From an uncultured Dehalococcoidia bacterium (lineage in GTDB: Bacteria > Chloroflexota > Dehalococcoidia > Lucifugimonadales > UBA3495): a DNA stretch of 64,000 nucleotides. The position numbers and the translations under genes were made by a program. Under the pieces are notes generated by a model, which had not been told where the DNA came from, did no database searches, and was given only the letters and a program-made list of their open reading frames with translations. Below are positions 48,817 through 58,921 of this stretch, piece after piece (position 1 is the first letter of the stretch; every line of letters begins with the position of its first letter). The DNA is taken from the NCBI GenBank assembly GCA_950072105.1, contig CATMOE010000002.1:32001-96000 (forward strand), in the 5' to 3' direction.

Positions 48817-50307
48817 TCAGTCGCTCTTTCCAGACCTACCGAGGCCGGTCCCCATTGCCAGAGCGGGGAGAATAGCCACCAGCGCAACGCCCGCGGCAAC
48901 CCTTAGAAAATTGTGGAATAGGGACAGTCCAACGGCGTTCAGGCCCGCGCTGTACTCAGCCAGCCGGGTTTGAACCTCCTCGGCGCTCTCCCCGGGTTGC
49001 GGCAGCGGAAACTCCAATTCGGACATAAGTGTCTGGAAATGCTCCACTCCCCAGGCGGACAACGCCGCCAGGCCCAGCGTCATCCCCAACATGCGGGCAA
49101 CTACCACCAGCGAAGCGGCGGTGGCCCGGTAGTCGTCGGACACGGAGGTAAGGGCCTGCGTCATTATCGGCGAGATCACCAGCCCAAATCCCAATCCGGC
49201 AACAGCCAGGTGCAGCGTCAACTGAGGCTCTCCCACGTCCAGTTCCCAACCGCTGACCAGGAACAATCCAAGGGCCGTCAGCCCTAGCCCGGCTACCATA
49301 ACCGGCCTGATTCCCACCCGGCTCAACACCAAACCGCCAACCACCGCCCCCAAGGGGATGGCTCCAGTGATTCTCAGCAACCACATGGCGCCGGTCAGCG
49401 GCGTTTTCCCCATGACGGTGTTGGCCATCAGAGGCACAGTCACCATGGCGATGATCAGGGAGACGCCGACCAATAGTTGGGCTCCGTTGGCCGCCAGAAA
49501 CGACGTCGCGCGGAATAGGGCGGGCGCGAGCAAGGGTTGCTCCGTCCGGCGCTCCACCGCAAGCAGTAACCCCGCCAAAGCCAGTCCGGCGGCCCCCAAG
49601 ACGAAGGGAAGCGGCGACGAAAGCGTGAACAGGCTGCTCCTGGACAGCCCTAACGACACGAGAAGCAGGGCCGCCACCAGCAGGGCGCTGCCCAAGTAAT
49701 CTATCCTATTCTGCCGGTTCGGTTGGTTGGGCAGCCAGAACAGGGCCAGGAACAGTACCGCGCTCTGGGGGACGTTCAGCCAGAATATCCAACGCCAGTT
49801 GGCCAGCTCGATGATGGCCCCGCCATAGGCCGGGCCCAGCATGGAGCCGGCCTCCGCCGCGCCCGCCACGATGCCCAAGGCCAACCCCCATTGCTTCCGG
49901 GGAAGGGCGCTGCCCGCGATGGCCAACCCGATCGGCACGGTTGCCCCACCGCCCACGGCCTGTATCACCCGGGCGGCGACCATCCACTCCAGGCTTTGAG
50001 ATACGGCCACCAGGCTGGTGCCTATGACGAACACCACTAAGGAGACTTGATAGACTCGGGTATAGCCGTAGACATCGGCCAGGCGGCCTATCACCGGCAT
50101 CGCGGCCGTGTAGCCCAACAAGTAGGCGGTGATGATCCAGGACGCCCGGTCCAGTTGGGTTAAAGATATCTTCAGATCCAGCATCAGACTGGGCAGGGCC
50201 GTAACCACCACCGTTTGATCCAAGGCGGTAACGAAGGCGCCCAACCCCACAACGGTGAGGATCATGGGCGCCGGCAAAGTGCGAGATGGTCCAATCATCG
50301 AGCCCAT
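48817..50307 (-). CDS. 14-TM MFS transporter resembling mycobacterial P55 (Rv1410c)
   Basis: ALDQTVVVT, YLLGYTAAMPVIGRLAD, VVVARMLGM..GLAALSAWG. Confidence 0.88.
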   Translation of the reverse strand: MGSMIGPSRTLPAPMILTVVGLGAFVTALDQTVVVTALPSLMLDLKISLTQLDRASWIITAYLLGYTAAMPVIGRLADVYGYTRVYQVSLVVFVIGTSLVAVSQSLEWMVAARVIQAVGGGATVPIGLAIAGSALPRKQWGLALGIVAGAAEAGSMLGPAYGGAIIELANWRWIFWLNVPQSAVLFLALFWLPNQPNRQNRIDYLGSALLVAALLLVSLGLSRSSLFTLSSPLPFVLGAAGLALAGLLLAVERRTEQPLLAPALFRATSFLAANGAQLLVGVSLIIAMVTVPLMANTVMGKTPLTGAMWLLRITGAIPLGAVVGGLVLSRVGIRPVMVAGLGLTALGLFLVSGWELDVGEPQLTLHLAVAGLGFGLVISPIMTQALTSVSDDYRATAASLVVVARMLGMTLGLAALSAWGVEHFQTLMSELEFPLPQPGESAEEVQTRLAEYSAGLNAVGLSLFHNFLRVAAGVALVAILPALAMGTGLGRSGKSD

Positions 50308-50311
50308 CAGG

Positions 50312-51304
50312 CTATTCCGGCGGAGCTATGTCTACCGGCACGTTAACATCGTCAATGAAAAGCAACCTTACGGTTTCCGGCACGTCACCGTTAACCACTG
50401 GGCCGGTGATGACCACCCGGCGCAGCAGGCCGTCTGCGCGGTCCACAAACAATTCCAACTTGACCTCAAGGCCCTCCGCCGCGCCCGGCACCAACGATGC
50501 CAGGGCTTCAGAACGCACCAGACCGGTGATACGTTGGTATTGCCGGCCTCCCGATTCTTCAACGCCCGACAAAGCAGGATCAGTGACAGCTTCCACTATG
50601 CTCGCCAAAGTTTGCCCGAAGTCCAAGAAATTCACCGGCAGAGATTCCGGAGGCACCATACGCCACTGCCCGGTGAAGAGATCGGTCATATATGCCTCTT
50701 GCCCAATGATGATAACGTTGATCTCCACAAAAGTGCGGGGGGCCGTTACCTCCGCCTCCACCGTCAGGCGTAGCCGGTCGGGAATATCCACCTCCCCCGT
50801 GGCTTTCTTCATGACCAAACCGGGCAGCAGCTGCGTGCTACCTATCTGGTGCTCTAACGTGAAGGCCACCGAGTTTAGCGAGAGCAGGTTGGCCACGGCA
50901 AGGGCCAGGGTTGCTTTCGGATCCGGCGGCGGTTCAAGCGTTGGCGTGGGGATGGGAGTTGGAGCCGATCCACACCCTGCCGCAAATGACAGCACCAGGG
51001 CCGCCAACAAGCCAAGCAGAACGTGGAACCTCGTTCTCCTAGGGCAGCGGCGTCCGGACCTAAAGTGGTATCCGGGCGAAAGGGAAGATTGTCCGGCCCG
51101 CCGCCTAATTCCACGACCAAAAAGCCAGCGACCCAGCTCCAACCTCCACCGGCTCGGAAGACCCGCTGGCTTCGACGACGAATATCCTGGGCCCCGGCGG
51201 CGTAGAACCGTTTCGGCCCTCTCTAGACCGGTTCGGGACGATCGCCAAGACCAGACGAGAGCTGTCGGGAGACCAGGGGGAGTGGGAATAAGCGTATTGA
51301 TCAA
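50312..51304 (-). CDS. LppX/LprAFG-family lipoprotein (true start probably near 51.0-51.15 kb)
   Basis: Lipobox AAGC, PT linker, then SVAFTLEH, ATGEVDIPDR, AYMTDLFTGQW, VDIAPP. Confidence 0.78.
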   Translation of the reverse strand: MINTLIPTPPGLPTALVWSWRSSRTGLERAETVLRRRGPGYSSSKPAGLPSRWRLELGRWLFGRGIRRRAGQSSLSPGYHFRSGRRCPRRTRFHVLLGLLAALVLSFAAGCGSAPTPIPTPTLEPPPDPKATLALAVANLLSLNSVAFTLEHQIGSTQLLPGLVMKKATGEVDIPDRLRLTVEAEVTAPRTFVEINVIIIGQEAYMTDLFTGQWRMVPPESLPVNFLDFGQTLASIVEAVTDPALSGVEESGGRQYQRITGLVRSEALASLVPGAAEGLEVKLELFVDRADGLLRRVVITGPVVNGDVPETVRLLFIDDVNVPVDIAPPE

Positions 51305-52481
51305 AAAAGCTCAGCGTGACCAGCATGTCGTTTGATGGTTGAGCGCGCAGCAGTTCCCGGGCCTCGCCTCCTTCGACGGTTGCGGCCCACCAAACGAACT
51401 CCCTGTTACCGCCATCCAGTCCCACCCAGGCAAGCATCTCCCCATTGGGCGACCAATAGAACGCAATGATGCGGCCCTCCGCCACGGTCTTGATCGAACC
51501 ACCATCACCGGGGACAACCCTCAGCCTATTAAAGGTGGGCGCATTGTCGTTCTGTTGGTCCGCCACCGCCAAGTCTCCACCTTGAGGAGACCAAGCGAAA
51601 GCTGCCCTGGAACCGATGTCAAGTGCATTTCTGGCGGTACCGGTAGCGCCCGTCTCGGCGATCAGCAATGACCCCGAGGTCGCACCAGTTCCCATATAAG
51701 CCATATATCTGCCGTCGGGGGACAGGGCCGGCACGCGAAACCCCGGATCGGCGTCGATAGGCTGACCCGATGAAGCACCGAAAGGCCGGGTCAAAAATTT
51801 AAGCTCATCGCCCACGTGCAACAGCATCGATTGGCCGTCCGCTCCCCAATGGAAGTACAGGGGCGCTCCTGACTCGATCACCGTTGGATCGGTCAATGAT
51901 TCCGTGTCGGCGGCGAATAGGGTTAATCCTTGTGGAGTACTGGCTAGCACTGCCAAAGTCCGGCTATCAGGCGACCAATAAAGGTAATGGGGCGCATTCT
52001 CAGCCACCAAGCCGGGGACTTCGTTCCGAAATACGGTAGTGGCCGCTCCTGTCGCCGCATCTATAACTTGGACAGATATCTCGGGCTGTCCATCGGTTAC
52101 CTCCATCAAAGAAGCCGCCAGTTTTTTCCCATCGGGCGACCACGTCGGCCAGGAGTAGAAGAAATTCACGCCGCGTGGCTGAGCCATCACCGCGCCTAAA
52201 GGACCTCCCTGCACCTGGGTGTCTCCCGCAAGCTTTAGTTGCTCAGAACCGTCGGGGTTCACCAGGAACAGTTCACCGTCCGTTGTCATGAAAGCAATCC
52301 GGTCTACGGCCACCTCTTCGCTCTCTCCTTGCTCGACGATCCCAGGCTCCACCACTTTGTCAAGTTGTTCTTCGACCGGTTCGCTGGTCCCATTACAAGC
52401 GAGAGCCAGCGTCAATAACGAAAGTATAATTACCCAGCCGCCGGTTTTCTTCCCGCTGTAGGAGACCCGATCCAAGTCCAT
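51105..52481 (-). CDS. TolB-like beta-propeller lipoprotein
   Basis: Lipobox ALAC; repeated WSPDG/WSPDS/LSPDG/WSPQG/WSPNG. Confidence 0.85.
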   Translation of the reverse strand: MDLDRVSYSGKKTGGWVIILSLLTLALACNGTSEPVEEQLDKVVEPGIVEQGESEEVAVDRIAFMTTDGELFLVNPDGSEQLKLAGDTQVQGGPLGAVMAQPRGVNFFYSWPTWSPDGKKLAASLMEVTDGQPEISVQVIDAATGAATTVFRNEVPGLVAENAPHYLYWSPDSRTLAVLASTPQGLTLFAADTESLTDPTVIESGAPLYFHWGADGQSMLLHVGDELKFLTRPFGASSGQPIDADPGFRVPALSPDGRYMAYMGTGATSGSLLIAETGATGTARNALDIGSRAAFAWSPQGGDLAVADQQNDNAPTFNRLRVVPGDGGSIKTVAEGRIIAFYWSPNGEMLAWVGLDGGNREFVWWAATVEGGEARELLRAQPSNDMLVTLSFFDQYAYSHSPWSPDSSRLVLAIVPNRSREGRNGSTPPGPRIFVVEASGSSEPVEVGAGSLAFWSWN

Positions 52482-52898
52482 TACCTTCTCTTAGACGGTA
52501 TCTCCCCAACCTTCACTATTTCCCCGCAGCCGCTCCGCCTCATCTTAGCCGCCTCAGGATACCACCCGCCTTTCCCCCCCGCAACGCCGATATTGGCATG
52601 CTTCCGCGGCTTCTAATACGCCAGCCTCAACTCGAATTCCCAGTGGATAACTGACATTTACTTGTTGACAATTTCCAGTTCGGCATGTATTACTGGTCCT
52701 CCTCAATACGAACGTCTTCAAGGCCGTGCACACATACCAACTTATTCCCAACTCTGTCAACTCCTGGCGCCAAGTACTCCACTCTCCGAAATATCTACGC
52801 CATGTTAAAATAACAAGAGCCACCTACAAACTCGCACCCTTCACCCAAGTTCTCCACACTGTCAACGCTATTATTATTACTCTATAGGTTAGGTCCAT

Positions 52899-54185
52899 TT
52901 GATTGATACAGTTAGACTAAATATTCACGCCGGTAGTGGCGGAAACGGTTGTATCAGCTTTCTGCGTGAAAAGTACCGCCCTAACGGAGGCCCGAATGGT
53001 GGCGATGGGGGTGGCGGTGGCAGTGCGTACATCAGCGGCGACTCTTCGTTTAATACCCTGCTACACCTGAAGTTCACGAGTACTATCTACGTAGAACGGG
53101 GTGGCCATGGACGTGGTAAAGACCGTACGGGACGGAATGGTCAGGACCAGATCATCCGCGTGCCAATGGGAACGTTGATCTGGAAAGAAGATGAGGACGG
53201 GGAGAGGTTCTTGTTGGCGGATATCTGTGATACATCTCCAGTAATGGTCGCTCAGGGGGGACGGGGCGGTTGGGGGAACACTCGCTTTGTATCGCCGACC
53301 AACCAAGAACCGTTGTTGGCCCAAAATGGTGACCGCGGGGACCGGGAAATCTTATTTCTCGAGTTGAAGCTGCTAGCGGATGTGGGGCTTTTGGCATGTC
53401 CTAACGCGGGCAAGTCGACATTGATCTCCCGGTGTTCCAGAGCAAAACCCAAAGTCGCCGAGTATCCGTTCACGACAGTCGAACCGGTGTTGGGCGTGGT
53501 AAGCGCCCATGGGCAAGATTTCGTCATGATGGAAGTTCCTGGATTATTGGAAGGGGCACATAGCGGGGTGGGATTGGGGCACCAATTTCTGAGGCATGCT
53601 GAAAGGGCTAGGGTTTATATCCATGTAGTCGATGGATTGGCCGAAGATCCTGGCCGGCAATACCAGATGCTCAATAATGAACTGCGCCAGTTTAGTGAGA
53701 AACTAGCGGAAAAACCCCAGGTCGTCGTCGTCAACAAGATGGATCTCACCGACGTGAAAGAACTGCAGGACGAGATTGCTGACTCGATACGCCAACGGGC
53801 CAAAGAGGATGGAATAGACGACTTGGATGTGTTGTTCATGTCGGCTGTAACCGGAGAGGGAGTGAACGAGGTCTTGGGAAAGGTTGTGGAGTTGCTTGCG
53901 GCGACGGCCAAAGAGGCTGCAGAACAAGAGATCGTGCCGGAACCGGTGAAGTGGGGGCAAAGCAAGAGGACCCCGATCCGAGTCAGTCGAGAAGATGGAG
54001 TATTCGTTGTGCAAGCCCAGGAATTGGAGCGGCTGGTCGGCATGGCCGATACCAGGGATAGGCGCGTCTTATTGCAGCTATGGGACCAGATGAACAAGAA
54101 TGGTGTAGCCAGAATGTTGGAGGATGCGGGAATAGAGGCGGGCGATACAATAAGGATCGGCAATTCCGAGATCGGGTGGTTCTAG
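52899..54185 (+). CDS. obgE: GTPase ObgE/CgtA
   Basis: GGNGC.SF.REK, GGPNGGDGG.GG, ADVGL...PNAGKST, YPFTT, FLRHAER, NKMD. Confidence 0.96.
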   Translation: MIDTVRLNIHAGSGGNGCISFLREKYRPNGGPNGGDGGGGGSAYISGDSSFNTLLHLKFTSTIYVERGGHGRGKDRTGRNGQDQIIRVPMGTLIWKEDEDGERFLLADICDTSPVMVAQGGRGGWGNTRFVSPTNQEPLLAQNGDRGDREILFLELKLLADVGLLACPNAGKSTLISRCSRAKPKVAEYPFTTVEPVLGVVSAHGQDFVMMEVPGLLEGAHSGVGLGHQFLRHAERARVYIHVVDGLAEDPGRQYQMLNNELRQFSEKLAEKPQVVVVNKMDLTDVKELQDEIADSIRQRAKEDGIDDLDVLFMSAVTGEGVNEVLGKVVELLAATAKEAAEQEIVPEPVKWGQSKRTPIRVSREDGVFVVQAQELERLVGMADTRDRRVLLQLWDQMNKNGVARMLEDAGIEAGDTIRIGNSEIGWF

Positions 54186-54186
54186 C

Positions 54187-54792
54187 GTGCGGGTAGGTGT
54201 TCTTGGGGGAACCTTTGATCCGATCCATCTGGGACACCTAAAGATCGCTGAAGAAGTCCGGCTTAAGCTGGACCTGGAGCGAGTCCTGTTCATCCCCACG
54301 GGACAGCCAAGGTTGAGAGTGGATGAGTTCCTGTCGCCGGTGGCGGACCGGCTGCGCATGGTGGAGCTGGCGACGTCCGACGATCCGTATTTCCAGGTTT
54401 GTGACAACGAGACGCGGCGCAGCGGACCAACGTATACCGTGGATACACTGATCGAGTTGCGAGACAGCCTGGGGACAGACGCGGCTTTGTACTTTATCGT
54501 CGGAGTAGATATTCTGAGCCGGTTTCAAGACTGGAAGGAGCCGGAGCGGGTACTGGAACTGTGCAATCTGGTGGTGGTGACCCGTCCGGGTTACGAAGAT
54601 TTTGAATGGCCCGCCTGGTTAAGCAGTTTCCCCCAGGCCGCTGACCGGTTGACACGGTTGGATACGACCATGGTGGATATTAGCGGGACTGAGATCCGGC
54701 GCCGAAGTGGGCAAGGGAAATCGGTGCGCGAGTTGGTCCCTGACTCGGTGGCGGAGTATATTCAAGAGCGGAACTTATACGCGCGTCAATAG
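54187..54792 (+). CDS. nadD: Nicotinate-nucleotide adenylyltransferase
   Basis: GGTFDPIHLGH, YTVDTL, ISGTEIR. Confidence 0.95.
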   Translation: MRVGVLGGTFDPIHLGHLKIAEEVRLKLDLERVLFIPTGQPRLRVDEFLSPVADRLRMVELATSDDPYFQVCDNETRRSGPTYTVDTLIELRDSLGTDAALYFIVGVDILSRFQDWKEPERVLELCNLVVVTRPGYEDFEWPAWLSSFPQAADRLTRLDTTMVDISGTEIRRRSGQGKSVRELVPDSVAEYIQERNLYARQ

Positions 54793-54829
54793 CTCAGATA
54801 CGTTCGTATGAATCTGGGAGGTGGAGTAA

Positions 54830-55399
54830 GTGAGCGAAGGGGTTGACCGTCTTCTCCAGTTGGCGTTGGAGAAAGGCGCGCTGAAGTACGGAGATTTTAC
54901 CCTCACTTCGGGCAAAAAGAGCACCTACTATTTCGACGGACGGCTGCTGAGTTTGGACCCGGAAGGGGCCTATTTGATCTCCCGATCCCTACTGCCCGTG
55001 CTGCGGCAAGCCGGTGCGGAGGCTGTGGGAGGTCCGACCTTGGGGGCCGACCCGATCGTCGCGTCCATCGCTCTAGCCAGCTACATCAACGAAACGCCGA
55101 TACCGGCCTTCATCGTCAGGAAGGAAGCCAAGAGTCATGGCACGGGCAAAGGAGTAGAAGGCCCACTGAAGGTGGGCAGCAAGGTAGCTATCATAGACGA
55201 CACCTGCACCACCGGAGGGTCTCTCTTCCAAGCTATCGAAGCGGCCGAGGGAGAGGGCTGTGTCGTCGTGAAAGTGGTGGCTGTGTTGGATCGCCGGGAG
55301 GGTGGGGGAGAGGAGATACGGAGACGAGGCTACGACTTTATCGCCTTGTTGGAGGCCGATCCCGACGGGAAGATTCAGGTAGCCGCCGAATTTATGTAG
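54830..55399 (+). CDS. pyrE: Orotate phosphoribosyltransferase
   Basis: GDFTLTSGKKSTYYFD, VRKEAKSHG, IIDDTCTTGGS. Confidence 0.95.
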   Translation: MSEGVDRLLQLALEKGALKYGDFTLTSGKKSTYYFDGRLLSLDPEGAYLISRSLLPVLRQAGAEAVGGPTLGADPIVASIALASYINETPIPAFIVRKEAKSHGTGKGVEGPLKVGSKVAIIDDTCTTGGSLFQAIEAAEGEGCVVVKVVAVLDRREGGGEEIRRRGYDFIALLEADPDGKIQVAAEFM

Positions 55400-55418
55400 C
55401 AGATAGTTAGTAGCTGGG

Positions 55419-56507
55419 TTAGCTAATCTTGTCCGGTCCGAACAGATGGGGCAGGGCCGTGATCTCAGCCTGGCCGCTGGAAGGATCGGCAAGCTCCAAG
55501 ACGTTGCCCGGCGATGCGCTGGCTTTCCGCACGTACGCCATACCGACCAGGCCTAGGCCGTTGGGTAGTTTGGTCACCGAAGTAACCTTACCCACGTCAT
55601 GGCCGTCATCGTTCAAAGTGTCGCCCTCGGACACGGTGGCGTCCGCGGAAAACTCCAGCCGTACCAGGTGCTTCTGTATCTTCTGGTAAGTGTCCAGCCT
55701 GGCGATGACTTCCTGGCCGATGTAGCAGCCCTTGGCGAAATCGATGGACCCGATAAGTCCGGCCTCCAAGGGATTATAAGATTCGCCAAGTTCATGGCCG
55801 TACGCGGGCACGGCGTAGCTCAAGCGAACCGCTTCAAGGGCCTCTTCTCCCACCGGCGGGACTCCCGACTTCGATAGGTGATCCCAAACGCCGGCTGAGG
55901 CGTCCGGATCCATCAAGAGATCGAAGCTGGGGAGTCCCCCAAAAGGGCGATTGACTATGCGAACTTGGTGGCCGGCCATTTCCGCAGTAACTGAATGATA
56001 GGGCGGCAATTCGTTCAGTGAGGTTCCTGCCGCCGATTCCACCGCAGCTTTGCTGGCCGGCCCCAAAACCGACAGCATGGTGGATTCCCCGGTGATATCC
56101 TCGACGACGAGGTCCTCCATTATCGTGTATTTGTCCAGCCAGTCGATCACCTGCTGTTGGGCTCCAGGGCTGGTGATTAACAATATATAGTCGTCAACGT
56201 TGACCACCCCGATCAAGTCCAGGATGCGTCCCCGGGCGGTGGTCAGGATGGTTGGAGCTCCTTGCCCCGGCTGTAGGTCCAACACTTTGTTGGTGGACAA
56301 TCGGTTCAGCAGATCCAAGCCGTCGGCCCCGATGGCCCTGAGCCGTCCCGTGTAGGAGGCGTCGTGAACGCCCGCCGCTGTTGTTAAGGCCAGGTACTCT
56401 TCTTCGACGGTGCTATACACCGTGGCTAGGTCCCAACCGTGGCGCTCCTGAAATGCTGCTCCAGTGGCGGCGGCAACGGGATGGAGGGCTGAACGCCGTA
56501 GAGCCAT
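55419..56507 (-). CDS. YgfZ/Iba57-like folate-binding protein (GcvT family)
   Basis: KGCYIGQEVIAR signature; GcvT-like N-terminus. Confidence 0.88.
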   Translation of the reverse strand: MALRRSALHPVAAATGAAFQERHGWDLATVYSTVEEEYLALTTAAGVHDASYTGRLRAIGADGLDLLNRLSTNKVLDLQPGQGAPTILTTARGRILDLIGVVNVDDYILLITSPGAQQQVIDWLDKYTIMEDLVVEDITGESTMLSVLGPASKAAVESAAGTSLNELPPYHSVTAEMAGHQVRIVNRPFGGLPSFDLLMDPDASAGVWDHLSKSGVPPVGEEALEAVRLSYAVPAYGHELGESYNPLEAGLIGSIDFAKGCYIGQEVIARLDTYQKIQKHLVRLEFSADATVSEGDTLNDDGHDVGKVTSVTKLPNGLGLVGMAYVRKASASPGNVLELADPSSGQAEITALPHLFGPDKIS

Positions 56508-56533
56508 TGTGTCCTCCGAATCATCCGGAATTT

Positions 56534-56573
56534 AAAAGACGCCGCCTGTCTCTCGATAGGGCGGCGTCTAAAA
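56534..56573 (-). terminator. Rho-independent terminator after the IscA-like gene
   Basis: AGACGCCGCC...GGCGGCGTCT followed by TTT on the - strand. Confidence 0.7.
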
Positions 56574-56591
56574 GTTCAGTTGTGGTTGACG

Positions 56592-56948
56592 CTAAACGCT
56601 AAAGGAAGTGCCGCAACCGCAAGATGTCTTGGCGTTGGGATTGGTAAAGACGAATCCCTTACCGTTGAGACCGTCGGAGAACTCCAACTCTGTCCCAACC
56701 AGATAGATGTAGCTTTTCTTGTCGACCATAACCTTTACGCCATGCTGCTCGATGGTCTTGTCGCTCTCCAATTCCTGGTCGGTGATCTGCAGATCATAGG
56801 TCAACCCGGAACAGCCGCCGCCTTTGACCGAGACCCTTACGCCTACGTTCTCTTCGATACCTTGCTTATCCGCGAAGTATTTTATCTTAGTGGCCGCCAA
56901 CTCGCTGATCTTAACGCCCAGTTCGACGCCGTCCATTGTGATAGCCAT
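56592..56948 (-). CDS. iscA: A-type Fe-S carrier (IscA/ErpA/HesB family)
   Basis: VKGGGCSG..Y, F.NPNA..SCGCG.SF. Confidence 0.93.
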   Translation of the reverse strand: MAITMDGVELGVKISELAATKIKYFADKQGIEENVGVRVSVKGGGCSGLTYDLQITDQELESDKTIEQHGVKVMVDKKSYIYLVGTELEFSDGLNGKGFVFTNPNAKTSCGCGTSFSV

Positions 56949-57024
56949 TGTATCCTCCAGAGCACTGCAATCCCGTACGGGTTAGCTAGTCTTATTCTAG
57001 GTGGGAAGCGGGTTGCAAGTCAAG

Positions 57025-58071
57025 CTAAGATGACGTGGTCAAGACGGCAGAAAGAGCTTCCATGTCTAAGTTTTGCCGCATGAGCTGGCCGAACCTTTCT
57101 ACCTTAGTTCGGGAGTAAGGCGTGGCCCGTTCCAAAACGCCCGCTAGGGCCTCGGCGGTGCTCAGCGTGCTTTCCGTCACCGAGATCAACGGCACGTCCT
57201 TTTCCAAGGCTTCGGCTTTAACGTAGTCCGAGGGCTCGGAGCCGCCGGTTAATACCAGGCATTTGGTGTCTTCCATCAAGCTGGCCATCTGGATATCGGG
57301 CCGCTCCGCCCGGACGATCACTGCCTGGTTGGCGTAGCGTCCATAGTATGTGTGTCCAGCGTCCATTATGTTGCCGCCCAACAAGAACCGGTCGATGCAG
57401 GCGTCCGTGTTCACCGGGTCTTGGATCCACCGCCCGCCTAGCTGCTCGGAGATCTGCTGCACAGTCACTCCCAGCATGACACGGTCTTCGGGGATAGCGC
57501 CAAATACCGTTGCTCCGGCGGCGCGCAGTTGAGCCAGTGATCCCCGCTCAACGTCTCGTTGCCGATAGCTAGTCACGCCGTTGATGACAAGTCCGGACAA
57601 GCCTGGGGAAAAGCTCTCGGCGGCGCTTAGCACCGTCTGGAAGTCCAGTCCGTTAGCGTAGGGGAATATCAACAAGGCCGGGCACGCCAACAGATCGGTC
57701 AGGTCGATAGGCAGGGACCAAGGCTCTCCATCCGGTGACACGGCGTCGGGGCCCTCGATCAGGACTACGCCGGCGGTACTTTGAATTTCTGATAGACACT
57801 GACGGATGGTTTGGGATTGTTCCTCCGGCAGGAGCGGGCCGTTAGAGCCGTTCCTCGGCAGCGCCAAAGGCGTAGGAACCGGCGGGCCGTCCGTACCGGC
57901 AAGGATCGTTTCGGAGATAAATGAGATATCCGGGTCGTTGTCCGGGGAGGTGGAGAATGGTTTGTAATAGGCCACTCTCCGGCCTTCAGCGAGCAGCTGG
58001 GTCAGAAGCGCCGCTACCAGGCTGGTCTTGCCGGAGCCGGAAAGATGGGCGGAGACTAGCAATACTCCCAA
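57025..58071 (-). CDS. BioD-like/AAA_26 plus DRTGG domain protein (Pta N-terminal-like)
   Basis: SGSGKT, YYKP, LIEG, IPED, ERPDIQMA, LVLTGG. Confidence 0.85.
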   Translation of the reverse strand: MGVLLVSAHLSGSGKTSLVAALLTQLLAEGRRVAYYKPFSTSPDNDPDISFISETILAGTDGPPVPTPLALPRNGSNGPLLPEEQSQTIRQCLSEIQSTAGVVLIEGPDAVSPDGEPWSLPIDLTDLLACPALLIFPYANGLDFQTVLSAAESFSPGLSGLVINGVTSYRQRDVERGSLAQLRAAGATVFGAIPEDRVMLGVTVQQISEQLGGRWIQDPVNTDACIDRFLLGGNIMDAGHTYYGRYANQAVIVRAERPDIQMASLMEDTKCLVLTGGSEPSDYVKAEALEKDVPLISVTESTLSTAEALAGVLERATPYSRTKVERFGQLMRQNLDMEALSAVLTTSS

Positions 58072-58116
58072 GAAAACCTCCCGGGGTATACCGGCGGAAC
58101 TGATGTATTCAGAACT

Positions 58117-58818
58117 TCAGTCCAGCACATCCTTCTCACCGGTGTGGTAGGGATCGAAACCCTGGGGAAATCGAGTGGTATCGTCGAACTTGGCCATGCT
58201 GAGGTCGGAACGGTGGAGACTGGCCCGGTCGAAGTTAGCACCCCTCATGTCGGACATAGTCCACATAGAATCGCGTATCATCGCCTTGGTAAAGTCCGCG
58301 CCGGTCATCACCGCCCGGTCCATGTCCGCCCCGTTCATGTTGGCCGACTGAAAGCAAGCGTTGGTCAGATCCGTGCCGCGAAGGTCTACTTCCAACATGG
58401 TCGCCATGCTAAAGTCGGCCCCGGTCAGGTCGGCGCTTAGGAAGCAGGCACGCACCACACGGCTCCAGCGAAGGTTGGCTCCTCGTAGCGAAGCCCGCTT
58501 AACGTCGGCCCAATACAGATTAACGTTGGTCAAGTTTGCGCCTTCCAAGTTTGCGCCGGCTAGAGTAGCCCTGCCCATATCGGCGCCTTCTAAGTTAGCG
58601 CTGGTGAGGTCCGCGCCGGCAAAGCTGGCCCGGAAGAGAGATGCTCCGGCAAGAGAGGCGCCGCTCAGGTTGGCGTTCCTGATCTTACACTCTTTTAGAT
58701 CGGCGCCGGATAGGTCTACGCCTTCCAGGTCCAAAGCGACTCCCGGGTTCTCTTCACGCCAATCGGCGATGGACTTGGGGCCGGCTTTGACCACCGCTAG
58801 ATGCTCTTGGTTGGCCAC
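58117..58818 (-). CDS. Pentapeptide repeat protein
   Basis: Continuous A(D/N)Lxx repeats after MANQEHL...WR; ends with T.FP.GFDP. Confidence 0.92.
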   Translation of the reverse strand: MANQEHLAVVKAGPKSIADWREENPGVALDLEGVDLSGADLKECKIRNANLSGASLAGASLFRASFAGADLTSANLEGADMGRATLAGANLEGANLTNVNLYWADVKRASLRGANLRWSRVVRACFLSADLTGADFSMATMLEVDLRGTDLTNACFQSANMNGADMDRAVMTGADFTKAMIRDSMWTMSDMRGANFDRASLHRSDLSMAKFDDTTRFPQGFDPYHTGEKDVLD

Positions 58819-58921
58819 TAGTTACGCTCCATGTATCAGTGCTTCACAAAATATGCAGCCCTGGAAAAGACCCCAGAGCTGCATCCCAACGAAGTTATCC
58901 TAAGTTGGCCTAGGCACGCTA

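Noticed and set aside
50286..51335. Long alternative ORFs (e.g. 50286..51335 +, 252..959 +, 26898..27716 +, 38495..39175 +)
   Set aside because: Antisense or out-of-frame shadows of well-supported genes, as expected in GC-rich DNA.
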